The notes below the pieces were generated by a model. The model worked only from the letters and a program-made list of their open reading frames with translations. It was not told where the DNA came from and did not search any database. Positions 19,963 through 29,982 of a stretch of DNA of 64,000 bases are shown here, piece after piece. Source of the DNA: Gammaproteobacteria bacterium (lineage in GTDB: Bacteria > Pseudomonadota > Gammaproteobacteria > Eutrophobiales > Eutrophobiaceae). Within the stretch, counting starts at the first letter, position 1; each line of letters opens with the position of its first letter. The position numbers and the translations under genes were made by a program. The DNA lies in assembly GCA_965222155.1 (NCBI GenBank), contig CBDCTH010000012.1, forward strand, positions 768,001 to 832,000. Direction: 5' to 3'.

Positions 19963-21153
19963 TCATGCACCCAATCTCATTCGATCCAGACCCAATACGC
20001 GATCGTAGACCAGGAACACCAACAATACGGCGACAAACAGGACACCCCCCAGGGCAGCGGCCAGGCCCCAGTTCAGCGAAGTCTGTATATGATAGGCGAT
20101 AAAGTTAGAGATCAGTTGGCCGCTCTGCCCACCCACCAGCGCCGGGGTGATGTAGTAGCCTATAGCCAGAATGAATACCAGCAGACAACCGGCACCGACG
20201 CCCGGCAGGGACTGCGGCAGGTAGATCTGGCGGAAGGCCCTGGGCCAACTTGCTCCCAGTGACGCGGCGGCTTGCATCTGTACTGCGGGGATCCCTCTCA
20301 TAACGGAATAAAGCGGCAGGATCATGAAGGGTAACAGTACATGCGTCATGGCTACCAGGGTACCGGTCATATTGTGGACCAGGGTCAGTCTTTGATCGTC
20401 GGCGACCAGCCCGAACCAGACCAGTATATCGTTGAGCACGCCTTGTTGCTGTAACAGCACGATCCAGGACGTGGTGCGCACCAGCAGCGAGGTCCAGAAC
20501 GGCACCAGTACCAGCACCAGCAGCAGGCGGCCGCGCCGGGGCGGTGAATGGGCAATAAGATAAGCGACCGGGTAGCCTATCACCAGGCACAGCAGGGTGA
20601 TGGTCAGGCTGACCCGGATGGTCTTGATGAACAGGGCCGTATAGATACGGCGCTGCTCCGGTTGCCGGGCAATCCCACCGTCGCCGGCAAGTGTCAGGTC
20701 CACGGCATTCAGGTAATAGACAGGCGTCACCCGCGCGCCGGTCCGGACCAGTGTCTGCCAGATCTCCGGTCCTCCCCAGGCCGGGTGTATGTCCGGCAGG
20801 GATTCGGACCAGGGTGATTTCCCCTTGCGTTGCAACCCTTTGCCGGTACGCATGATCACACTACGCAGACCGGACGCGTCCCGATTCAGCCGGGTTGCAA
20901 GTTTGCCGATGGTCTTCTCAGCCCGCGCCTGCACAAGTTCCCGGGCTGCCAGTGCGTAAACCTGCTCCGACGGCAGGCCCGTTCTGTCCCATTCCCCCAG
21001 TGCGGCGATGGTTCCGGGCATGATGTCGGCGACCAGGGGATCGTACAGGCTGCGTAAAAACATGCTGCCCAGGGGCGCAACAAAGGTCACGATGATGAAC
21101 AGGGTCAGCGGCAGCGCCAGCAACATGGCGCCGGTACGCGGTTTAGTTATCAT
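19963..21153 (-). CDS. ABC transporter permease (long PotB-like)
   Basis: GYPVAY, VPFWTSLLVRT, AAASLGA, GYYITPALVGG. Confidence 0.9.
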   Translation of the reverse strand: MITKPRTGAMLLALPLTLFIIVTFVAPLGSMFLRSLYDPLVADIMPGTIAALGEWDRTGLPSEQVYALAARELVQARAEKTIGKLATRLNRDASGLRSVIMRTGKGLQRKGKSPWSESLPDIHPAWGGPEIWQTLVRTGARVTPVYYLNAVDLTLAGDGGIARQPEQRRIYTALFIKTIRVSLTITLLCLVIGYPVAYLIAHSPPRRGRLLLVLVLVPFWTSLLVRTTSWIVLLQQQGVLNDILVWFGLVADDQRLTLVHNMTGTLVAMTHVLLPFMILPLYSVMRGIPAVQMQAAASLGASWPRAFRQIYLPQSLPGVGAGCLLVFILAIGYYITPALVGGQSGQLISNFIAYHIQTSLNWGLAAALGGVLFVAVLLVFLVYDRVLGLDRMRLGA

Positions 21154-21280
21154 TTTTTTCCACAGAGGACACAGAGATCACAGAGTGTTCATATAATATC
21201 TACCCGAGTCCGGCATGAAGGTGGTGTGCGGTTCGTGTATGACGGACAAACCTGTCTCATTATTTGCGTCATCTGCGGAT

Positions 21281-22381
21281 TTATCTTGTCAACCAGGCGG
21301 CAAAGCGTTCGTTCATCTCATCCTGGTTGTCGGCCCACCATTCCGGGTCTTCCACAATTGCGTTTGCCAGGTTCTGTGGCGAATTGGGCAGGTGCGGTGC
21401 CATGTCTATGCCTGTCTCCAGGTGTTTGTCCACCAGCGCCAGGGATGAATTGCGCAGGGGGCCGTAGGAAATATATTTAGTCACGTTGGCCAGAGACCGG
21501 GTGCTGGTGGCGAATGCGACAAACTGCCGGGCCAGCTCCAGTTTGGGTGTACCGGCGACGATGACCTGGTATCCCGTGGCAAGTAATTGACCATCCCAGA
21601 CGATGATCAGCGGTTGATTTTCCAGGGCCCAGGCGTTAAAAATACGCCCGTTAAAGGCGCTGCTCATGATGACCTCGCCGTCAGCCAGCATCTGCGGCGG
21701 TTGCGCTCCCGCCTCCCACCAGACGACCTGGTTTTTAATGGAATCGAGTTTGCGGAATGCGCGGGCGATGCCTTCCTCAGAGGAGAGGACGTTGTAGACC
21801 TGATCGGCCGCTACCCCGTCCCCAACCAGGGCGAATTCCAGGTTCGCGTTGGGCGCCCGGCGCATACCCCGGCGTCCCGGGAATTTCTCCAGGTCGAAGA
21901 AATCGCTCATTGTCGTCGGCTTGAGTCCGGGGAAGCGGCTGTCGTTATATGCGAACACCGTGCTGTATATTATGTTTTTCACGCCGCAGTCAACACCATA
22001 TACGTCCAGGAAATCCTCTGTCGCAGGGGTGCCATCCGGCGCCGGGGGGAGGGTTTCGTAATCGACTGTTTCCAGCAGCCCCTCATCACAACCCAACAGC
22101 GCATCACCGGCCTCCATGTCGATCACGTCCCAGGTCACGTTGCCGGTCTCAGCCTGCGCCCTGACCTGGGCGAGGCCACCGTTATACTCATCCAGTTTGA
22201 TGCGGATGCCGGTCTCCTCGACAAAGCGGTGATGAAATGCCTTGACGGAACTCCTGGCATAGGAACCGCCCCAGGATACGACGGTGATGAATTTTTCTTC
22301 CGCGCTGACCGGGATGGCCATGAGACATAGTGTTAAGGACCATGTTGCATTGAGCAGGACTGATGTCTTGATGGTATTCAA
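21281..22381 (-). CDS. Polyamine/opine-type ABC substrate-binding protein (PotD-like)
   Basis: Signal peptide, VSWGGSY, WDVID, DFFDLEKFPGRRG, GAQPPQMLADGE. Confidence 0.88.
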   Translation of the reverse strand: MNTIKTSVLLNATWSLTLCLMAIPVSAEEKFITVVSWGGSYARSSVKAFHHRFVEETGIRIKLDEYNGGLAQVRAQAETGNVTWDVIDMEAGDALLGCDEGLLETVDYETLPPAPDGTPATEDFLDVYGVDCGVKNIIYSTVFAYNDSRFPGLKPTTMSDFFDLEKFPGRRGMRRAPNANLEFALVGDGVAADQVYNVLSSEEGIARAFRKLDSIKNQVVWWEAGAQPPQMLADGEVIMSSAFNGRIFNAWALENQPLIIVWDGQLLATGYQVIVAGTPKLELARQFVAFATSTRSLANVTKYISYGPLRNSSLALVDKHLETGIDMAPHLPNSPQNLANAIVEDPEWWADNQDEMNERFAAWLTR

Positions 22382-22403
22382 CAGATTTCCTCCTGTAGGA
22401 TAA

Positions 22404-22492
22404 GGGGACGGATTTCAAATCCGTCCCCGGTGAGAACTCAAAAATATACCACAACACCTGTTGTGCTTGTATTTTTACTCTGGCCCCAATAT
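22404..22492. repeat. Composite of a family B palindrome and a family A half-site
   Basis: GGGGACGGATTTCAAATCCGTCCCC, then GTATTTTTACTCTGGCCCCAATAT. Confidence 0.8.
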
Positions 22493-22497
22493 CCCAG

Positions 22498-23604
22498 TCA
22501 TAGCGCCGACTGACGGAGGTCCAGCGCCCGGCAATCGGTGACCAGCCAGCCCAGTGTGACCGTATCCCCCGGCAGGATGCCGCCATGACCGATGATATTG
22601 GGGATCTTAACGATAAACTGGCAGCCCCCGAAGAGCGTAGCATGAATGCGCAGGTGATCACCCATGAAAATAATGTCTTCCACTTCGGCTTCGAAGCAAT
22701 TGGGATAAAGGTCCGGTGCGGGGTTCAGCACCACTCTTTCAGGACGGATGGTAAGACAGGCTTGCGCGTCGTTTTCAGCAACGGCCACGGGGAATGCCCT
22801 GACGGTTTGTCCCGCCACCTCTACCTGGCACTCATTGGGGTTCCAGTCTACTATCCGTCCCTCTACCTGGTTGTTCTCGCCGATGAAATTAGCTACGAAC
22901 AAGCGTTGCGGTTCCTCATACAGGGCCTCCGGCGGAGCCACCTGGCAGATACGGCCCTGTTCCATCACCGCGACTCGGTCAGATAACACCATGGCTTCAT
23001 TCTGGTCGTGGGTCACGTAGATCATCGTCACCTCCAAGCGTTGCTGCAGGCGCCGGATCTCGTACTGCATTTCCTCCCGCAGGCGCCGGTCCAGGGCACC
23101 CAGGGGTTCGTCCATCAACACCAGGTCCGGTTCGAACACCAGGGCACGGGCAATCGCAACCCGTTGTTGTTGGCCACCGGACAGTTGCGCCGGCCGGCGC
23201 TCGGCGAAATCCCGGAGTTGTACCAAATCCAGCGCCCGCATGACGCTGCGGGTGAGATCGTCCCTGGCGACGCGGCGCGCCTGTAAAGGAAAAGCAAGGT
23301 TTTCGGCAATCGTCATGTGGGGAAACAGGGCATAATGCTGAAATACGACACCGATGTTCCTTTTCCAGGCCTTGACCTGGTTGACGGGGCGCCCATTCAG
23401 CCAGATTTCACCGCTGCTGGGTTCCTCAAAGCCGGCCAGCATCTTCAGGCAGGTAGTCTTGCCCGACCCGGATGGTCCGAGCAGGGTAACGAATTCGCCG
23501 CGGTTAATGCTCAGGCTGAAGTCCCTGACAGAAAACGTCCATCCGTCGTAGCTCTTGCTGACTTCCGAGAACTCTACGAAAGCGTGGTTATGACTGTCTG
23601 GCAT
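22498..23604 (-). CDS. ABC transporter ATP-binding subunit (PotA-like)
   Basis: GPSGSGKTT, LSGGQQQR, DEPLGALD, TOBE C-terminus; start taken at ATG 23604. Confidence 0.92.
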   Translation of the reverse strand: MPDSHNHAFVEFSEVSKSYDGWTFSVRDFSLSINRGEFVTLLGPSGSGKTTCLKMLAGFEEPSSGEIWLNGRPVNQVKAWKRNIGVVFQHYALFPHMTIAENLAFPLQARRVARDDLTRSVMRALDLVQLRDFAERRPAQLSGGQQQRVAIARALVFEPDLVLMDEPLGALDRRLREEMQYEIRRLQQRLEVTMIYVTHDQNEAMVLSDRVAVMEQGRICQVAPPEALYEEPQRLFVANFIGENNQVEGRIVDWNPNECQVEVAGQTVRAFPVAVAENDAQACLTIRPERVVLNPAPDLYPNCFEAEVEDIIFMGDHLRIHATLFGGCQFIVKIPNIIGHGGILPGDTVTLGWLVTDCRALDLRQSAL

Positions 23605-23684
23605 TGGTCCGGTAAATGAAAACGCAGGGATTTTTTCAATATCCGGGGTAAAATACACTATTGCGTGAATTTTCTGAAGTCAGA

Positions 23685-23742
23685 TATTTGGGGTCAGAGT
23701 AAAATTCACAGAGAGAACGGGGACGGATTTCAAATCCGTCCC
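23685..23742. repeat. Composite of a family A half-site and a family B palindrome
   Basis: TATTTGGGGTCAGAGTAAAA, then GGGGACGGATTTCAAATCCGTCCC. Confidence 0.8.
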
Positions 23743-23760
23743 CGGCATGCCGCATAAGCC

Positions 23761-24726
23761 ATGATACAAAAAGAACAAGGTCCCACGCCGGACATTGATA
23801 AGAGACTGGCCGTCGATTTCTGCGGCATGCGCTTCGACACGCCGCTGGTTTTACTGTCCGGCTGTGTCGGTTTCGGCGAAGAGTATACCCGGGTAAAAGG
23901 GTTTTCCAACCGGGATGCCGGCGCCATCTGCCTGAAAGGAACGACGCTGGAACCGCGCCTCGGCAACCCTTCGCACCGGGTTGCAGAAACCTGGATGGGT
24001 ATGTTGAACTCCATCGGTCTACAAAATCCCGGGGCGAGAGAGGTTGTAGATGAATACCTGCCAAAGCTGGATTTTTCCGAGACCCGGTTTATTGCCAATG
24101 TCTGCGGCTCCACGGTTGAAGAATACGCGGCAGTGACCCGTATTTTCGATAATTCACCCATCGACGCTATTGAGGTCAATATTTCCTGTCCGAATATCAA
24201 GGAGGGTGGCGTCAGCTTCGGCAATTACCCGGAGATGTCGGCGCAGGTCGTGGCAGCGTGCCGGCGCGAGACCGATAAACCGCTCATCACCAAACTGTCG
24301 CCGAACCAGACGGATATCGTGGAGAATGCGCGCCGGTGCATTGCCGCCGGCAGTGACGCCCTGGCAGTGATTAACACCATCACGGGTATGGCTGTCGACC
24401 TGGACAAGGGCGAACCGGTTATCGGCACTAACCAGGGAGGGTTATCCGGCCCGGCAATCAAGCCCATTGCGCTGCTCAAGACCTGGCAGATTTACCAGGT
24501 ATGCAGGGAGAAGAATATACCGATAATCGGGCAGGGCGGGATCGCGTCGGCAAACGACGCCCTGGAATTTATCCTGGCCGGGGCAAGCGCCGTAGGCATC
24601 GGCACAGCGCTGTTTTATGACCCCCTGGTGTGTAAAACGATCAATGCCGGTATCGTGCAATACCTGGACGAACACGGGTTCGACAACGTCGCGGAACTGG
24701 TAGGAACTTTGAAGATAAGAACCTGA
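23761..24726 (+). CDS. pyrD: Dihydroorotate dehydrogenase, class 1 catalytic subunit
   Basis: GMLNSIGLQNPG, EVNISCPN (catalytic Cys), KLSPN, GGLSGPAIKPIAL. Confidence 0.88.
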   Translation: MIQKEQGPTPDIDKRLAVDFCGMRFDTPLVLLSGCVGFGEEYTRVKGFSNRDAGAICLKGTTLEPRLGNPSHRVAETWMGMLNSIGLQNPGAREVVDEYLPKLDFSETRFIANVCGSTVEEYAAVTRIFDNSPIDAIEVNISCPNIKEGGVSFGNYPEMSAQVVAACRRETDKPLITKLSPNQTDIVENARRCIAAGSDALAVINTITGMAVDLDKGEPVIGTNQGGLSGPAIKPIALLKTWQIYQVCREKNIPIIGQGGIASANDALEFILAGASAVGIGTALFYDPLVCKTINAGIVQYLDEHGFDNVAELVGTLKIRT

Positions 24727-24728
24727 TA

Positions 24729-24850
24729 AATCCGCAGATAACGCAGATGGACGCAGATAATATGTTGATGTTTTATATTGTAGGCATGATTCCGGGGCAG
24801 GCTTCAGCGACACTCTGATATCATCTGCGTTAATCTGCGTCATCTGCAGA
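24729..24850. repeat. CGCAGAT inverted repeat pair (family D)
   Basis: ATCCGCAGATAACGCAGATGGACGCAGAT ... ATCTGCGTTAATCTGCGTCATCTGCAGAT. Confidence 0.8.
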
Positions 24851-25174
24851 TGAATCAACAACGGATTGTTTTTCAAGCCGGCGCAGAAAGACAGTCATCT
24901 CTTTCGCCGCCTGGATATCACCCCGTTCCGAAGCAATCCCGATACCTCGTTTTAACGCTGCCGCAGCCTCGGATATTTTCCCGGCCGCACTCAGGGTACG
25001 GCCGTAAATTTTCCATGCTGCCGAATAACCGGGGTCGAGTTCAACGGCCTTGGCCAGGTGTGGTTCAGCCCCTGCGTAATCCTTCTGTTGAAACAGGATA
25101 TTGCCCAGGGTGAAGCGCAGCAGGGCGTTATCTACACCACCGGCCAGCATTGCTTCAAGTTTTGCAATATCCAT
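24830..25174 (-). CDS. Small TPR protein
   Basis: LEAMLA.G.DNALLRFTLG, DPGYSAAWK.YG, GDIQAAKEM.VFL. Confidence 0.85.
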   Translation of the reverse strand: MDIAKLEAMLAGGVDNALLRFTLGNILFQQKDYAGAEPHLAKAVELDPGYSAAWKIYGRTLSAAGKISEAAAALKRGIGIASERGDIQAAKEMTVFLRRLEKQSVVDSSADDAD

Positions 25175-25188
25175 GAAATTTACCGTTC

Positions 25189-25212
25189 GGGGACGGATTT
25201 AAATCCGTCCCC
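25189..25212. repeat. REP-like palindrome, family B
   Basis: GGGGACGGATTTAAATCCGTCCCC, a perfect palindrome. Confidence 0.85.
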
Positions 25213-25218
25213 GGCATA

Positions 25219-25797
25219 CTATCTTTTTTGCGCCACCAGCATGGCCTCGTTCCTGAAACCCTGGCCGGTATTGCCCACGTTTCCCTCTTCATGGTAGTAA
25301 ATCAGGTGCAACGACCGGAACAGGCGTAGCAATTCATTGGCCTCCAGGCGGTACGCCGGGTTGCGCGGGCCGGTATCGGATACTTTTTCCCGGATGAAAG
25401 TCTGGTAGAACAGTAAACCGTGTTCTCTCAACGCCGCGCTGATAGCCGGGGCCAGGGCCCTGTCCAGGAAACGGCTGACGACGATAATGTTGAAGGACGC
25501 CGGTGCCGGCAGGTCTGCCGTCACGTCGCGCTGTTCCGCGGTCAGCGGCAGCCCGCGCCGGATTGCCAGGTCTGCCAGTGCTTGTATCGCCACCGCGGAG
25601 ATATCCCAGGCCCGGGTGGCGTAACCCCGGGCGGCAAGGTACATAGCGTTGGCGCCGCGTCCGCAGGCCAGGTCCAGGGCGTCACCCGCGCCAGGCAGTA
25701 AATGGGAATGGGATAGCAGTACCCGGCAGGGTTTCCCGGTCTCAGCAGCAGTGTTGCCATAGATATGATCCCATTTAACTTGATCCAGTGTGTTCAT
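25219..25797 (-). CDS. SAM-dependent methyltransferase (TehB-like)
   Basis: ALDLACGRGANA.YLA, WDIS, IVVSRFLDR; ATG 25797 overlaps the trkH stop. Confidence 0.85.
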   Translation of the reverse strand: MNTLDQVKWDHIYGNTAAETGKPCRVLLSHSHLLPGAGDALDLACGRGANAMYLAARGYATRAWDISAVAIQALADLAIRRGLPLTAEQRDVTADLPAPASFNIIVVSRFLDRALAPAISAALREHGLLFYQTFIREKVSDTGPRNPAYRLEANELLRLFRSLHLIYYHEEGNVGNTGQGFRNEAMLVAQKR

Positions 25798-27248
25798 TAC
25801 TTGCGCCAGAAAGTCGGTGTCAGCAGGACCAGCAAGGTGAAGATTTCCAGTCGCCCCAGCAGCATGGCAAGGCACAGCAGCCATTTGGACATGTCATTGA
25901 TACCGGTATAATGGGCGCCGACCTCTCCCAGGCCCGGTCCCAGGTTGTTAAGACAGGCAGCCACTGCGGAAAATGCCGTAATCTGGTCCAGGCCGGTAGC
26001 CATGAGCAGGATCAGTAACAGGGCAAAGACGGCCACGTATGCTGCAAAGAAACCCCATACGGCGTTGATAACGGATTCATCGACTGGTTTACCGCCCAGT
26101 TTAATCTGAATGACGGCGTTGGGGTGGACCAGCCGCCTGATCTCCCTCCTGCCCTGCTTGTACAGGAGTACTACCCTGATGACTTTCAGACCACCCCCCG
26201 TCGAACCGGCACAAGCGCCAACGAAACTGGCAAATATCAGCAACACCGGCAGAAACGTCGGCCAGTCCTGGTAGGTGGTGGTGGTGAAGCCTGTCGTTGT
26301 TGCGATGGATACGGACTGGAATATTCCATGACTGAGCGTGCCCAGAGTATCGCCGTAGGTTGCCTTCAGGCTCAGGTAGACGCAGGTAATCACGCACAGG
26401 ACAAGCAATACACCCATGAACGCTTTTACCTCGGAGTCCTTCCGGTAAGTATTAAGGCTCAATGAGCGCCAACCGATAAAATGCAGGGTAAAGTTGATGC
26501 CCGCGATCAACATGAAGATCACTGCTACCGCGTTGATCAACTCACTGTCGAAATAGCCCATGCTGCGATCGTGGGTCGAGAAGCCACCGATGGATACCGT
26601 TGAGAAACTGTGGCTGACGGCGTCGAATAACGACATCCCGGCAAACCAGTACATGAGCGCGCAGGCAATCGTCAGGGACAGGTAGATATACCAGAGCGCC
26701 TTGGCCGTCTCGGTGATCCTGGGCGTCAGTTTCGAGTCTTTTATCGGCCCAGGCGTCTCTGCACGGTAAAGCTGCATTCCCCCGATGCCCAGCATGGGCA
26801 GGATGGCCACTGCCAGTACGATAATCCCCATTCCACCCAGCCATTGCAGTTCATGCCGGTAGAACAGGATGGATTTCGGCAGGTGATCGAGGCCCATAAT
26901 CACCGTGGCGCCGGTCGTGGTCAAACCGGAAACGGATTCGAATAACGAATCGGTAAATGACATGTCGGGATAGGACGCGAGCAGGAAGGGCATGGCGCCG
27001 ATCAGACCCAGTCCTGCCCAGAACAATACCACGACGATGAATCCGTCGCGCAGGCGTAATTCCTTATTGACCTTATGCACCGGCAGCCACAGGAATGCAC
27101 CGATGCAGAGTATAAGCATGAAGCACAGCATGAATGTCTTGACTGTCTTATCCTGATACCACAGCGCAATGCTCAGGGGCGGCAACATGGTGATACTGAA
27201 CAGCATCAGCAACAACCCCAGGATTTTCTGGATAACGAGAAGTTGCAT
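25797..27248 (-). CDS. trkH: Trk potassium uptake membrane protein
   Basis: FESVSGLTTTGAT, SIGGFST, TTTGF, NNLGPGLG, LGRLEIFT. Confidence 0.97.
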   Translation of the reverse strand: MQLLVIQKILGLLLMLFSITMLPPLSIALWYQDKTVKTFMLCFMLILCIGAFLWLPVHKVNKELRLRDGFIVVVLFWAGLGLIGAMPFLLASYPDMSFTDSLFESVSGLTTTGATVIMGLDHLPKSILFYRHELQWLGGMGIIVLAVAILPMLGIGGMQLYRAETPGPIKDSKLTPRITETAKALWYIYLSLTIACALMYWFAGMSLFDAVSHSFSTVSIGGFSTHDRSMGYFDSELINAVAVIFMLIAGINFTLHFIGWRSLSLNTYRKDSEVKAFMGVLLVLCVITCVYLSLKATYGDTLGTLSHGIFQSVSIATTTGFTTTTYQDWPTFLPVLLIFASFVGACAGSTGGGLKVIRVVLLYKQGRREIRRLVHPNAVIQIKLGGKPVDESVINAVWGFFAAYVAVFALLLILLMATGLDQITAFSAVAACLNNLGPGLGEVGAHYTGINDMSKWLLCLAMLLGRLEIFTLLVLLTPTFWRK

Positions 27249-27256
27249 GAATGGAA

Positions 27257-28630
27257 TTACAGAAAGGTAATATTGACCTGGAACAGTCTTTCCACTTCCT
27301 GCACGCGTTTCTTGTCACCCACCAGCAGGATGACGTGGTCCTCGGATGCAATCACCGTATCGTGATGGGCGATGATCACGTTATCAGCGCGGACGATGGC
27401 GCCGATACTGGTGCCCGGCGGCAGGGGAATTTCCTCAATCGACCTGCCGACGACATTGGACGTTGTCCGGTCGCCGTGGGCGATGGCCTCGATTGCTTCC
27501 GCCGCGCCGCGCCGTAATGAGTGCACTACGACAACGTCGCCTTTGCGGATGTGCGCCAGCAGGCTGCCGATGGTGGCTTGTTGCGGCGATATGGCGATGT
27601 CGATTACATCACTCTGCACCAGGTCGACGTAAGCCACCCGGTTGATCAAGGCCATGACCTTGTGCGCCCCCAGACGCTTTGCCAGCATGCAGGATATGAT
27701 GTTTGCTTCATCGGCATTGGTGAGGGCACAGAAGACGTCGGTGTCGTCTATATTTTCTTCGATGAGCAGTTCCTCATCCGCGGCGTCACCGTTAAGGACG
27801 ATGGCCTTGTTCAGTTCTTCCGAGGCTTTCTGCGCCTTTTCCATGGATAATTCTATGACCTTGACCTGGTATTTGTTCTCCAGCAACTTCGCCAGGCGCC
27901 GGCCGATATTACCGCCACTGGCGATGATGATGCGCTTTACCGGCTTGTCCGTCTGTTTGATCGATTTCAACAGGTTCTTGATATGTTTGGGAGAGCCGAT
28001 CACGAATACTTCATCATCCGTCCGTATTTCCGTGTCGCCATCGGGAATGATCGCCTGTCCGCCGCGAAAGATTGAAACGATGCGAAATTCGACGGTTGGC
28101 AGATGGGCGGCAAGATCGCCTATTCTTTTGCCGACAATCGTGCTCTGTCCGGTTATTTTCACTACAACCATCTGCACGCGGCCGGAGGCAAAATCGAGTA
28201 CCTGAAGGGCCCCCGGAAAGCTGATCAAGCGGGCGATGTACTCGGTTACAACCTGTTCCGGGCTGATCAGAACGTCAACCGGCATGGCTTCCTGGGCAAA
28301 CAGTTGCGCGCTTTTAAGGTACTCATTGTTACGCACACGGGCGATTTTCGTCGGTGTATGGAAGACCGTATAGGCAACCTGGCAGGCTACCATGTTGGTT
28401 TCATCACTATTGGTTAGCGCGATGATCATGTCCGCGTCTTTTGCCCCTGCCTGTTCCAGCACCGAGGGATGTGACGCAGATCCGTTTATGGTTTGCAGGT
28501 CAAGCCGTTCCTGCAGGTTGCGTAACACAGCGGGGTCGTGGTCGATCACGGTAATATCATTGGCTTCACTGCAAAGATTGGCGGCCACGGACGAGCCGAC
28601 CTGGCCTGCTCCCAGAATGATAATTTTCAC
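27257..28630 (-). CDS. trkA: Trk potassium uptake NAD-binding protein
   Basis: MKIIILGAGQVG, two RCK domains, SLRRGAAEAIE. Confidence 0.97.
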   Translation of the reverse strand: MKIIILGAGQVGSSVAANLCSEANDITVIDHDPAVLRNLQERLDLQTINGSASHPSVLEQAGAKDADMIIALTNSDETNMVACQVAYTVFHTPTKIARVRNNEYLKSAQLFAQEAMPVDVLISPEQVVTEYIARLISFPGALQVLDFASGRVQMVVVKITGQSTIVGKRIGDLAAHLPTVEFRIVSIFRGGQAIIPDGDTEIRTDDEVFVIGSPKHIKNLLKSIKQTDKPVKRIIIASGGNIGRRLAKLLENKYQVKVIELSMEKAQKASEELNKAIVLNGDAADEELLIEENIDDTDVFCALTNADEANIISCMLAKRLGAHKVMALINRVAYVDLVQSDVIDIAISPQQATIGSLLAHIRKGDVVVVHSLRRGAAEAIEAIAHGDRTTSNVVGRSIEEIPLPPGTSIGAIVRADNVIIAHHDTVIASEDHVILLVGDKKRVQEVERLFQVNITFL

Positions 28631-29982
28631 GATTTTATATCGATGCCAAGAGACTTCAGCTTCCGGTAGAGATGGGTGCGTTCCATCTGGACGTTCCTGG
28701 CCATTTTGCTGACACTGCCGTTTGCCTGTTTCAACTGGTACTCAAGGTAGTCACGTTCAAAATTTTCCCGTGCCTGGCGCAACGGGAGGTCCAGGTTTTC
28801 CAAATTGTCGGCCTCCTTTTTAGCTGGCCGTTCTCCCAGCACCGCCTCTATATCTTCCAGGTCGATAACCGCATCGCCTCCCAATATCAGCATCCGCTGG
28901 ACCAGGTTCTTCAACTCCCGGGTATTACCGGGCCAGGGGTAGCGACGCAGGCTGTTTTGTGCGGCAGTGGTAAAATACCGGTAAGGCAGCCCCTCACGTT
29001 CGACAAAGTAATTGACGAAGTATTCCAGGATGTCGGGTACGTCTTCATAGTGTTCCCTGAGCGGCGGCACCACTATCGGCACGACGTTCAATTGAAAATA
29101 AAGCTCGTCCATGAAAGAAGACTCTTTAACCCGACCGGCCAGATGATGGCGGGTGGCGGCGACTATCCCGGTATTCAGTGAAATGGCTTCAGTTCCGTTT
29201 ACCCTTTTATAGGACCGGGTTTTCAATGTGTCCTGAAGGCGTGCCTGTGCCGTCAGGTCCATATCGGCAATATCCTTGATGAATAGCGTCCCCCCTTCAG
29301 CCTCATCCAGAAATCCGTTGCGTGTATCACCTTCTTTCTGTTCGCCGTACAACTCATTGACCATGGTTTCAGGGCTCAGGGCTGATACGCTGACATTGAC
29401 AAAAGGCTTGTCTTTTCGGGCGCTCACAGCATGCAGATAGCGGGCAACTGCCTCTTTATCCGTTCCCGGTTCGCCGACAATCAGCACCGGTGTGTCGAGG
29501 TCGGCCACCTTTTCCAATTGGCTGCGTAAATTCGCCATCAGCTTGCTTTTGCCGATGACCCTGGTCGGCGCCTGTGAGTATTGCAGCAACCTCAGGTTTT
29601 CTTTTTGCAGTCTTGAGGCATCCAGGGCGTTTTTTATGGTCAGGACAAGCTTGGCCAGCGATAGCGGTTTTTCCAGGTAATCATATGCGCCAAGGCGGGT
29701 GGCCTCGACGGCAGTACCTATGTTCCCGTGCCCGGACATCATGATGACCGGGTTCGTTAACCTGCCTGATTCATGCCATTCCTTCAACAGGGTAATGCCG
29801 TCAACGTCCGGCATCCAGATATCCAGCAGAACCAGCCGGGGGTGAAACTGTTCCAGCAACGCCCGTGCGCTGTTTCCGTTTTCGGCCGTGGCCACTTCGA
29901 ATCCTTCATCAACGAGAATCTCCCTTATCAGGTTCCTGATCTCGGCCTCATCATCTACAACGAGAATTTTTTCGCTAGTCAC
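28627..29982 (-). CDS. ntrX: NtrX-like response regulator (REC-AAA-HTH)
   Basis: LLDIWMPD.DG, degenerate sigma54-type AAA domain (no GAFTGA), ERTHLYRKL. Confidence 0.85.
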   Translation of the reverse strand: MTSEKILVVDDEAEIRNLIREILVDEGFEVATAENGNSARALLEQFHPRLVLLDIWMPDVDGITLLKEWHESGRLTNPVIMMSGHGNIGTAVEATRLGAYDYLEKPLSLAKLVLTIKNALDASRLQKENLRLLQYSQAPTRVIGKSKLMANLRSQLEKVADLDTPVLIVGEPGTDKEAVARYLHAVSARKDKPFVNVSVSALSPETMVNELYGEQKEGDTRNGFLDEAEGGTLFIKDIADMDLTAQARLQDTLKTRSYKRVNGTEAISLNTGIVAATRHHLAGRVKESSFMDELYFQLNVVPIVVPPLREHYEDVPDILEYFVNYFVEREGLPYRYFTTAAQNSLRRYPWPGNTRELKNLVQRMLILGGDAVIDLEDIEAVLGERPAKKEADNLENLDLPLRQARENFERDYLEYQLKQANGSVSKMARNVQMERTHLYRKLKSLGIDIKS

